Shown one piece after another: positions 26,226-33,782 of a stretch of 34,730 nucleotides of DNA. The number at the start of each line of letters is the position of its first letter. Positions within the stretch are counted from its first letter, which is position 1. The position numbers were made by a program, and so were the translations under genes. The stretch is from an archaeon (GTDB taxonomy: Archaea > Nanobdellota > Nanobdellia > Pacearchaeales > GW2011-AR1), in the NCBI GenBank assembly GCA_030699005.1, contig JAUYLQ010000034.1, forward strand, positions 1 through 34,730, written 5' to 3'. The notes under the pieces were generated by a model that saw nothing but the letters and a program-made list of their open reading frames with translations, was not told the DNA's origin and did not search any database.

Positions 26226-27509
26226 ATGGAAAGAACTTATATTGAAAATTTAAGGCCAGGGGAAGAGTCATCAATTTCAGGTTGGGTTTATGAGATAAGA
26301 GAGCTTGCAAAAATCAAATTTATGGTTATTCGTGATTTTACAGGGATGGTTCAGTGCATTGTAAAAGATGAAAAGATTATGAAAGTCTTTCCCGAATTAA
26401 GTTTAGAAAGTGTTGTTGAAGTTTCAGGAGTTGTAAAAAAAGCCGAGGTTAAAGCCGAACATGCAAGAAGGGATGTTGAAATCGAAGTAAAGAGCTTAAA
26501 AATTCTAAACAAAGCTGAAAAACTTCCAATTCACGTAAATGAAAAGGCCGTTGAGGCAACAGAATTGTCCAAGAGATTGGATTACAGGTCTCTTGATGTA
26601 AGGAAACCCAGAGTTCAGGCAATTTTTAAAATTCAGTCAACGGTAATAAATGCTTTTAGGGAATTTTTTTATAAAAATAAATTTATAGAAATTCAGCCTC
26701 CTGGAATAATTGCGACTTCAACTGAAGGGGGAACTGATTTGTTTGAGGTTAAATATTTTGACAAAAAGGCATATCTTGCGCAAAGTCCGCAACTCTATAA
26801 ACAGTTAATGGCAATTTCTTTAGAAAAAGTTTTTTCAACAAGCGCCATATGGAGAGCTGAAAAACATGATACCTCAAAACACATTAATGAAATAAGGCAG
26901 ATGGATATTGAAGTTGCATTTGCGGATGACCTAAAAATAATGAAGTATTTGGAAGAAGCCGTTCAGTTTATTGTTCAAAAAGTTCTTGAAAACAACAAAA
27001 AAGAAATAGAGGTTTTGGGGATCGAATTAAAAGTTCCAAAAGCAAAGTATCTAACTTACAAGGAAGCAATTGAACTTTTGAATAAAAATGGTTTCAAGTT
27101 AAAAGTTGGAGATGACTTTGAGCCTGAGGCAGAGAGAAAACTTTGCGAGCTTTTCCCCGATTCAATTGTCTTTACATACGAATGGCCTATTGAGATTAAA
27201 CCATTTTATATCTGGCCAAAAGATGAAAAGAAAGGAGTTTCAGGCGGGTTTGACGCTCTTTACGGGGGAGTTGAAATTTCTTCAGGAGGACAAAGGATTC
27301 ATTTGCCGGAACTTTTAACTAAGCAAATAAAATTGAAGGGTTTGAAACCCAAAGATTTTGACTGGTATATTGAAGCTTTCAAATATGGTGCTCCGATGCA
27401 TGCCGGATGGAGCATTGGTCTCGAGAGGCTCACTTATGCAATCCTTGGACTTGATAACATCCGAGAGGTTACACTTTTTCCAAGGGATAGAAGAAGACTT
27501 ACCCCCTAA
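26226..27509 (+). CDS. aspS: Aspartate--tRNA ligase, archaeal type
   Basis: GWVYEIR, RDFTG.VQ, RLDYR.LD.R, EGGT.LF, AYLAQSPQLYKQ, WRAE, EISSGGQRIH, YGAPMHAG..IGLERL, LFPRD..RLTP. Start 26226 (MERTY) has GAGGT RBS and avoids overlap. Confidence 0.96.
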   Translation: MERTYIENLRPGEESSISGWVYEIRELAKIKFMVIRDFTGMVQCIVKDEKIMKVFPELSLESVVEVSGVVKKAEVKAEHARRDVEIEVKSLKILNKAEKLPIHVNEKAVEATELSKRLDYRSLDVRKPRVQAIFKIQSTVINAFREFFYKNKFIEIQPPGIIATSTEGGTDLFEVKYFDKKAYLAQSPQLYKQLMAISLEKVFSTSAIWRAEKHDTSKHINEIRQMDIEVAFADDLKIMKYLEEAVQFIVQKVLENNKKEIEVLGIELKVPKAKYLTYKEAIELLNKNGFKLKVGDDFEPEAERKLCELFPDSIVFTYEWPIEIKPFYIWPKDEKKGVSGGFDALYGGVEISSGGQRIHLPELLTKQIKLKGLKPKDFDWYIEAFKYGAPMHAGWSIGLERLTYAILGLDNIREVTLFPRDRRRLTP

Positions 27510-27943
27510 TTCATCTCGTTTAGAACAATTATTGTTTGGGTTTTATCCACTCCTTCAATATTCCTTATTTTGTGTGTGATGATTTCGTTTAAATTTTTTA
27601 TCGAATCTGTTTTTACAACTGAGAGTATATCTGTCTGGCCCGTAACGATATCTGTTGAAATCACATCTTCTATTTTGCTTATTTTTTCAGCAATCTCTTC
27701 CTGAGGATGGCTTTTATTCTGGTTTACTGTGACTAAAATATAAGACTTAATGGGCTTTCCAATTTTCTCATGATCTAAATTGATGGTATAATTTTTTATT
27801 ATCCCATTTTCCTTTAACCTTTTTATTCTATTGTGAACAGTTGTGATGGGAATTTTTGATTTTTTTGAAATTTGACTTACAGTTAAAGATGAATCTTCTT
27901 TTAAAATAAGGATTACCCTTTTATCTTTTTCATCTAACTTCAT
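27506..27943 (-). CDS. Lrp/AsnC family transcriptional regulator
   Basis: LDEKDKRVI..LKEDS..T...ISKK..IPITTVHNRIKRL.ENGII..Y HTH; RAM domain VTGQTDIL..I..IEGV.KTQT.IVL. Confidence 0.95.
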   Translation of the reverse strand: MKLDEKDKRVILILKEDSSLTVSQISKKSKIPITTVHNRIKRLKENGIIKNYTINLDHEKIGKPIKSYILVTVNQNKSHPQEEIAEKISKIEDVISTDIVTGQTDILSVVKTDSIKNLNEIITHKIRNIEGVDKTQTIIVLNEMN

Positions 27944-27946
27944 ATA

Positions 27947-28028
27947 ATGGAAAAATATTCCATATTTATATACATTTCTAAATTATTTTGGGGATATTTT
28001 CCACTTATTCTGGAATAAATTTATATAA
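27947..28028. promoter_or_regulatory. Divergent promoter region with repeated TGGAA-W5-TTCCA semi-palindromes (putative Lrp/AsnC operators)
   Basis: ATGGAA-AAATA-TTCCAT (27947-27963), TGGGG-ATATT-TTCCA (27989-28003), TGGAA-TAAAT-TTATA (28011-28025); TATA-like TTTATATA at ~27965 and ~28020. Confidence 0.65.
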
Positions 28029-28049
28029 CCTTTTTTTCAAGATTCTTTG

Positions 28050-28682
28050 ATGAAGCACTTTAATTTAAGAGATTTTATTGAAAAGAAAGACTCTTCATTT
28101 GAGAGTTCATTTTTTAGGGAAGGGCAAAAATATGTTTTAGATTATTTTCAAAATTCAGGTAAAGAAGCAAAATTGGCTTTACATGATGAACAAACAAACA
28201 CTTGTTTTGAAAAGTCAAGGATTTTGGGGTGGGATCCTCAAAGGGTGGTTAAATCAATTTTTTTGTACGACAGTAAGGGGAAATTTTACGGATTTGTAAG
28301 CCCCGAACTAGGGGAATCGGAAGATAAACCCCTCAGATTTAATAACCAGACCATATCAAAAATTTTTTCAGATGAGGTAGAGAGAAAGAAAATGATGAAT
28401 CTTTCAAATTCAGTGTACCCTTTGGGTATGGAGAAAGGAACTTGCACCCCTTTTGTTCCAGAGTATTACTTTCAGGATGGAGACGGTTTTACTGGGAGAT
28501 TGGAAAGGATATTTGTTTATACAAGCTCGAATATAAATAAAAAATTGGTGGATATCTCTTTTGGAGGCGAAGGTGAACTGGCCCAAAAGACTTCACTGCA
28601 TCTAACTTACGAAGATATTTATCTTTGCCTTAACCAGGCTTTTCCGGGAAGGATAACGCAATTTAACTTTGAAAAAGTTTAA
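28050..28682 (+). CDS. YbaK/ProXp (INS superfamily)-like aminoacyl-tRNA deacylase, divergent
   Basis: H..QTNTCFEKSRILGWDPQRVVKSIFL (conserved Lys in VVKS), GMEKGTCTPF (GxxxP loop), RIFV, VDISFGG..SLHLTYEDI. ATG 28050 follows TTG 28047. Confidence 0.7.
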   Translation: MKHFNLRDFIEKKDSSFESSFFREGQKYVLDYFQNSGKEAKLALHDEQTNTCFEKSRILGWDPQRVVKSIFLYDSKGKFYGFVSPELGESEDKPLRFNNQTISKIFSDEVERKKMMNLSNSVYPLGMEKGTCTPFVPEYYFQDGDGFTGRLERIFVYTSSNINKKLVDISFGGEGELAQKTSLHLTYEDIYLCLNQAFPGRITQFNFEKV

Positions 28683-28700
28683 AACGTTTAGAAATTCAAT

Positions 28701-30008
28701 ATGAATATGAAGTTCATATCCATAAAGGAAGCAATCAAAAAAGGCAAGGGGAATGTTGCAGTCAGAGGATGGGTTTATCGTGAAAGGGGTTCAAACAAAT
28801 TCAAATTTTTAGTTTTAAGAGATTCAACCGAGATAATACAGGTTGTTTTGAAAAGTGAAAAGTTTGAAAAAGATTGGGAAGGAATTGATAAAATTACGGT
28901 TGAAAGTTCTGTTGAAATCGTGGGAGATATAAAGCCGGATAAAAGGGCTCCGACGGGTTATGAAATAGATGCTGATAAAATAAACATTATTCATGTTGCA
29001 GAAGACTTCCCGATAAATAAAGATTTAAATGAAGAACTTCTTGGGGACAGAAGGCATTTGTGGCTCCGAAGCCGGAAAATGACTTCGATTTTGAAAATCC
29101 GGTCAACGGTTTTAGAAGCGATAAGAAGTCATTGGCGCGATAAAGGGTTTTATGAATATCACAGTCCAGAAATTTTAAACCTTGCAGGAGAGGGGGGGTC
29201 AACTTTATTTAATGTGGATTACTTTGGAAAACCTGCCTACTTATCTCAGACGTGGCAACTTCACGCCGAGCCTGCAATTTTCGCGCTTGAGAAAATTTTT
29301 ACCATTCAACCGGCTTTTCGGGCTGAAAAATCAAAAACTTCAAGACACTTAGCCGAACTATGGATGGCTGAAATGGAAGAAGCGTGGTCAAACTTTGAAA
29401 ATTTGCAGGATGATGCTGAAGAATTGATTAAGGATATAATAAAAAAAGTCCTTCTTGAAAACTCTGAGGAATTGAAAATTCTTGAAAGAGATGGAAAAAA
29501 ACTCGAATCATCCTTAAAGAAAAAATTCCCAAGAATGACTTATACCGAAGCGTTGAAACTTTTGAAAGAAAAAAAGAAAATAACTGTTTCTTGGGGTAAG
29601 GATTTACGAACTGTTGAAGAAGACAAATTAAGCGAGTTGTTCGATACTCCAATTATTGTAACCGAATACCCTAAAGAAGTAAAAGCATTTTATATGAAAG
29701 AACCTGTTACACATCCCAAGGATGGAAAAGTTGTTCTGGGGTTTGATATGATTGCCCCTGAAGGGTATGGTGAAATCGTCGGAGGATCTCAAAGAGAGGA
29801 AGACTTAGAGAAAATAAAAAATAATCTCTTAAAAGATGGTGAAGACTTGGGAAAATACGAATTTTACTTTGACACTAGGCGTTATGGTTCAGTTCCTCAC
29901 GGAGGATATGGAATGGGTGTTGAGAGGGTTATCTCCTGGATTTGTGGTCTTGAAACTATAAAAGATGCAATAGCATTCCCGAGGACAATGACGAGGCTTA
30001 GTCCCTAA
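28701..30008 (+). CDS. asnS: Asparagine--tRNA ligase
   Basis: VRGWV, RHLWLRS, EGG.TLF, AYLSQTWQLHAE, FRAEKSKTSRHLAE.WMAE.E, KAFYM, EIVGGSQRE, RRYGSVPHGGYGMGVER, FPR. Confidence 0.97.
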   Translation: MNMKFISIKEAIKKGKGNVAVRGWVYRERGSNKFKFLVLRDSTEIIQVVLKSEKFEKDWEGIDKITVESSVEIVGDIKPDKRAPTGYEIDADKINIIHVAEDFPINKDLNEELLGDRRHLWLRSRKMTSILKIRSTVLEAIRSHWRDKGFYEYHSPEILNLAGEGGSTLFNVDYFGKPAYLSQTWQLHAEPAIFALEKIFTIQPAFRAEKSKTSRHLAELWMAEMEEAWSNFENLQDDAEELIKDIIKKVLLENSEELKILERDGKKLESSLKKKFPRMTYTEALKLLKEKKKITVSWGKDLRTVEEDKLSELFDTPIIVTEYPKEVKAFYMKEPVTHPKDGKVVLGFDMIAPEGYGEIVGGSQREEDLEKIKNNLLKDGEDLGKYEFYFDTRRYGSVPHGGYGMGVERVISWICGLETIKDAIAFPRTMTRLSP

Positions 30009-30176
30009 ATCTGTAAAAATAGAGGATAAAAAGGGAGAGTAAAGGAAGTAAAATTCTCCCAATTTCATTAACTTTTACCTTTTAAACTTTGCCCTTCTTT
30101 TTTGTCACTTAAATTTATTCGGAAACTTTAAAAAGTCTTCAGAGAGTAAGAGTTTAATTAAATCGGAGGGATTCAA

Positions 30177-30275
30177 ATGGCAAAAAAGGCATACAGCGAA
30201 GAAGACGAAGACTTCGAAGATGACAAAGAAGGCAAAGATGACGATGGAGACTTCGAAGAAGACGAAGACTACTAG
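30177..30275 (+). CDS. 32-aa hyper-acidic micropeptide (not in ORF track)
   Basis: MAKKAYSEEDEDFEDDKEGKDDDGDFEEDEDY*. RBS GGAGGG at 30165-30170; TATA-like TTTAAAAA at ~30127; C-ending codons (GAC, TTC, TAC). Confidence 0.75.
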   Translation: MAKKAYSEEDEDFEDDKEGKDDDGDFEEDEDY

Positions 30276-30373
30276 GTTTAAATCTTTTGATTTCTTAATT
30301 TTTATATTTTAATAGTTGGCGGTTTCGTAAAGTTTTTAATAAAATTAGTTCTAAATCGGATAATCTTTTTTTA

Positions 30374-30462
30374 ATGGGGATTCTTAGTCAATCTAACTCA
30401 GAAATCTTTCTTAATAAGTTCATTTAAGGTACCTCTTAATGAAGTTAGGTTGAGATTAAACC
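30374..30462 (+). other. Structured intergenic element (three-way junction); candidate ncRNA
   Basis: TCAATCTAACT(30388-98)/AGTTAGGTTGA(30443-53) closing stem encloses AGAAA/TTTCT and TTCATTTAAG/CTTAATGAA stems; TTTTTAATAAAA ~30 nt upstream. Confidence 0.3.
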
Positions 30463-30471
30463 GTTAAAAAG

Positions 30472-30708
30472 TTAGTATCTTCTTTCAGGAATGTGAACAA
30501 GGCATCCAGAACAAATTGCTTGGTCTTCTTTTGTAACGGGGTTTTTTACAAACTTATAATACCCTGGCCTTAATTCCTGCTTGCAGTTAGAGCACTTTTT
30601 ATCCTGCTTTTTCATTAATTCTTCACGGCCCGAACTTGCAATTTTTACATCCTTCAATTTTCTTGATTTCAAAGCATTTATGTAATTGCTTGAATCGATG
30701 GTTGTCAT
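30472..30708 (-). CDS. Small zinc-finger protein (78 aa)
   Basis: CSNC..(20 aa)..CSGC; TATA-like TTTATAAT ~25 nt upstream on the minus strand. Confidence 0.8.
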   Translation of the reverse strand: MTTIDSSNYINALKSRKLKDVKIASSGREELMKKQDKKCSNCKQELRPGYYKFVKNPVTKEDQAICSGCLVHIPERRY

Positions 30709-30812
30709 GTAAAACTAAGATTTCTCGAGATTATAAATTTAATTATCCTGCTTGACAATATTACTTCGGAGCCATTACCAAATTTTAAATAGGGGTCTCT
30801 CTTTTTTCCTTC

Positions 30813-31850
30813 ATGAACGTGGAATACCTAGTTGGTTCAAAAGATGATTTTTTAAGGTTTTTGGACTCTATTGGGCTTTATGACAAAGTGGCTGTTTTAA
30901 CTCATAATGACCTGGATGGAGTTGCCTCAGGCATATTCATTGAAAAAATTCTTGAAGCAAAGGGGATAAAACTGGATTATATCAATTTCCTAGATATTAA
31001 AATTGATATGGTCAAAGAAATTTCGATTAATTTAAAGGAAAGGGGGATTACAAAAGTTTTTTTTAGTGATTTAAACGTTGAATCAATTGACCCTGAAGGT
31101 TACGAAGACCTGAGAAGAGAAAAAGATGTTTTTTTGATTGACCACCATCCTATTCCTGAAAACCTAAAAGATAAGTCAAACATGATAAAAACCATTTCTG
31201 AGGATTGTGCCGCACTTGACGTTTTTGTTCTTGGTGAAGAAATTCTGGATTATCCATCATGGGGATGGCTGGTTTCTGCTGCAATTTTTGCGGATTACTC
31301 TTTTAGGTTGGAAAAAAATTTTAATTTTTTGAAATCTTTTTATCCGGAAGCAACTTTTGAAAATTTGTCATCTTCAGTTCCGGGATTAAATGCAAGAAAA
31401 ATTTCTTCAGCTTTAGTTTATTATAAGAATGATGTTACTCATGTTTACAATCTTTTGAAAGAAAGAAATCTGGAAGAACTTTCCGAAATTCATGAATTAA
31501 TTGAAGAAGAGGTCTATAAAATTGTTGACGATTTCTCCATCCATAAAGAATATTTTCCAGAAAGGGATATTTATTTTTATGAGATAAAGTCCCGGTTTGA
31601 TGTCCTTAGTTATGTTGCAACTTTAATTGCGGGGGCAGATATGGAAAAAAATTTTCTTTTTATGTACAGGGGGAAAGAAATGATTAAGTTCTCCGCAAGA
31701 AGTTCAAAATCAAAAATTAATATGGGGGAATTAATGAAAAAAGGTGTTGAAGGTTTCCCTGGAGCTGACGGAGGAGGGCATTCTGAAGCAGCGGCTGCAA
31801 AAATTATGCCGGAGAATTTGGAAGCTTTCAAAAAAAGAGTTTTAGAGTAA
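30813..31850 (+). CDS. DHH/DHHA1 family phosphoesterase
   Basis: THNDLDGVAS, FSDL, IDHH, FAD, KFSARS, GGGHSEAAAA. Confidence 0.92.
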   Translation: MNVEYLVGSKDDFLRFLDSIGLYDKVAVLTHNDLDGVASGIFIEKILEAKGIKLDYINFLDIKIDMVKEISINLKERGITKVFFSDLNVESIDPEGYEDLRREKDVFLIDHHPIPENLKDKSNMIKTISEDCAALDVFVLGEEILDYPSWGWLVSAAIFADYSFRLEKNFNFLKSFYPEATFENLSSSVPGLNARKISSALVYYKNDVTHVYNLLKERNLEELSEIHELIEEEVYKIVDDFSIHKEYFPERDIYFYEIKSRFDVLSYVATLIAGADMEKNFLFMYRGKEMIKFSARSSKSKINMGELMKKGVEGFPGADGGGHSEAAAAKIMPENLEAFKKRVLE

Positions 31851-31894
31851 TTTTGAATATAAATCTTTATTAATCTTTTTTGTTAATCTCTTTA

Positions 31895-32077
31895 ATGGTT
31901 AAAAATCTGTGTGATTTGCTGAAGAACTCCGCAAAATGTTTATTGAGCGGTTTTGACAATGGTTTTGGGGCTTTTGGGTATTTTAAAATCGATTCGGAAT
32001 TTTTGATTAAAAAATATTATTACAAAATTCTTGACTCTCTTGGAAAGTATGAAACTCAGGCTCCTGTTTCAAAATAG
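31895..32077 (+). CDS. Small hypothetical protein (60 aa)
   Basis: ATG 31895 with TTTATTAA ~25 nt upstream; fills the gap between co-oriented genes. Confidence 0.5.
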   Translation: MVKNLCDLLKNSAKCLLSGFDNGFGAFGYFKIDSEFLIKKYYYKILDSLGKYETQAPVSK

Positions 32078-32122
32078 AAAATAACATAAAAACTTAAAAA
32101 GCGATTTTTTCTTTTTAGAATT

Positions 32123-32788
32123 ATGAAAGTAGGAGAAGTTGAAATTGACTGGCTTGGTCACTCCGGATTTTTGATAAAAAATTCAAAGATAATCTACATC
32201 GATCCCTTTAAGATAAAAGAAGGTTTGCCAAAAGCGGATTTAATTTTAATTACTCATGGGCATTATGATCATTGTAGTTATGAAGACATTGGAAAAATTA
32301 TCCAGGATGGAACAAGGATAATTATGACCGCGGACTCTCAAAGCAAAGTAGCTCGTTTTCAGGTCCCAATCAGAATGGAAGTTGTTTCCCCCGGACAGGA
32401 AGTTGACCTTGGAATATTAAAAATTTCAACAGTTCCCGCATACAACATTGACAAAACTTTTCATCCAAAAGAGGAAAGTCTTGTTGGGTATCTGATAAAA
32501 ACTAATGATGTTATAATATATCATGCAGGTGACACAGACGTTATTCCTGAAATGCAAAAGTTAACGGGTCACAATCAACCTGATAAACAATTTGTTGCAC
32601 TTCTGCCTATTGGTGGGAGGTTTACGATGAGTGCTGAAGAAGCTGCTGAAGCGGCGAAGATAATCAAGCCAACAATAGCAATTCCAATGCACTGGGGGAC
32701 GATTATTGGTTCAAAAGAAGATGCTCTTGAGTTTAAAGAACTCTGCCAAGCCGAGGGAATCAGAGCTGAAATTTTGGAGAAGATTTAA
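32123..32788 (+). CDS. Metallo-beta-lactamase-fold hydrolase (UlaG/UPF0173-like)
   Basis: WLGHSGF, IYIDPF, THGHYDH, YHAGDT, LLPIGG.FTM, IPMHWG. Confidence 0.93.
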   Translation: MKVGEVEIDWLGHSGFLIKNSKIIYIDPFKIKEGLPKADLILITHGHYDHCSYEDIGKIIQDGTRIIMTADSQSKVARFQVPIRMEVVSPGQEVDLGILKISTVPAYNIDKTFHPKEESLVGYLIKTNDVIIYHAGDTDVIPEMQKLTGHNQPDKQFVALLPIGGRFTMSAEEAAEAAKIIKPTIAIPMHWGTIIGSKEDALEFKELCQAEGIRAEILEKI

Positions 32789-32823
32789 GATATCTTTTTA
32801 ATTGGAAGGTTAGTTAATTTTTC

Positions 32824-33390
32824 ATGTCTGAATACAATTTTCTCCAGAGAAAAAATGATGTCTTAGGTAAAAAGGACAAGTCTTATGCAGAAATGTGGGA
32901 TGAAAGGATAAGGAGTCTTTGTGAAAAAATAAACAAGAGTCCAAACTATTACACAACTTCGTCGTGTTCAGGCCGGATTCTTTTAATGGTAGACCAGGAG
33001 AAAAAAGGTGCCGGGCTTTTTATCTGGGTAAGTCACGATAAAATAAATTTGAAAGAATTGAAGGAAGCTTTGCTGAGTTTTAAAGGAAAGGAACTTTTAA
33101 AATTCAAGTGTGAACCCCCCATACTTCACATTGTTTGCAAAAACCTTTCTTTTGCAGAAGAAATTTTAGAAAAAGGACAAAAATCCGGATGGAAAAATTC
33201 AGGCATAATCAACTTAAAAAGAAATGTTGTTGTTGAACTTCATGGAACTGAAAAACTGGAGTTTCCCATTTTTAGGGAGGGAAAATTTCTTGTTGATGAC
33301 GAATTTTTGGAGCTCGTTGCTCGAAAAAGCAACAAAAAATTGGAAAAGGGCTGGAAACGAATAGGAAGTTTGAATGCTGCAATTTCGTAA
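32824..33390 (+). CDS. taw3: tRNA wyosine-derivative methyltransferase Taw3/Tyw3 family
   Basis: D..I..L...IN....YYTTSSCSGRI, W.SH, EPPILH..C, SGWKNSGI, E.LEFP. Confidence 0.9.
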   Translation: MSEYNFLQRKNDVLGKKDKSYAEMWDERIRSLCEKINKSPNYYTTSSCSGRILLMVDQEKKGAGLFIWVSHDKINLKELKEALLSFKGKELLKFKCEPPILHIVCKNLSFAEEILEKGQKSGWKNSGIINLKRNVVVELHGTEKLEFPIFREGKFLVDDEFLELVARKSNKKLEKGWKRIGSLNAAIS

Positions 33391-33421
33391 CTTTTTTATA
33401 ATCCACTTTCCTTAAATTTTG

Positions 33422-33649
33422 ATGAATAAGAGTGATTTATGTAACTACATAAATTCGAACTTGAAAAGGGGTTTTAATATTGAAGAAGTAAGGCAACAGC
33501 TTTTGTCCCGTGGATTTTCCGATTATGACATAAATGAAGCAATCTCCAACTCAAATTACGAAGAGAAATCGGTAAAGGAAGATCCAAAACAGAAGGCTGA
33601 AAAAATAGAATCAATTGAAGGCTGGGATAGTGACCTTGAAGAGGATTAA
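33422..33649 (+). CDS. Small hypothetical protein (three-helix motif plus acidic tail)
   Basis: LCNYINSNLKRGFNIEEVRQQLLSRGFSDYDINEAI helical pattern; TTTTTATA ~28 nt upstream of ATG 33422. Confidence 0.75.
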   Translation: MNKSDLCNYINSNLKRGFNIEEVRQQLLSRGFSDYDINEAISNSNYEEKSVKEDPKQKAEKIESIEGWDSDLEED

Positions 33650-33685
33650 TTTTTCTTTTTGAAAGCATTCTTTAATTCACATAAA

Positions 33686-33770
33686 GATATTTAAATAAAA
33701 ACGAGTTCTTTCTTCTTAATAGGGAGACTTTGTATAACAAAGTCTTAAAAGATAAGAAAAAAGGAGGAGA
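33686..33770 (+). promoter_or_regulatory. ftsZ promoter/5' leader: TATA-like box, inverted repeat, strong RBS
   Basis: TATTTAAATA (33688-33697); AGACTTTG-TATAA-CAAAGTCT (33725-33745); AGGAGGAG (33762-33769). Confidence 0.6.
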
Positions 33771-33782
33771 TTAAAAAAATTT

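Noticed and set aside
889..33668. Numerous other short ORF-track calls nested in larger genes (e.g. 889-1226, 3516-4253, 6380-6613, 6944-7462, 9088-9471, 14435-14815)
   Set aside because: They overlap well-supported genes on the opposite strand or in another frame, and lack motifs and expression signals.
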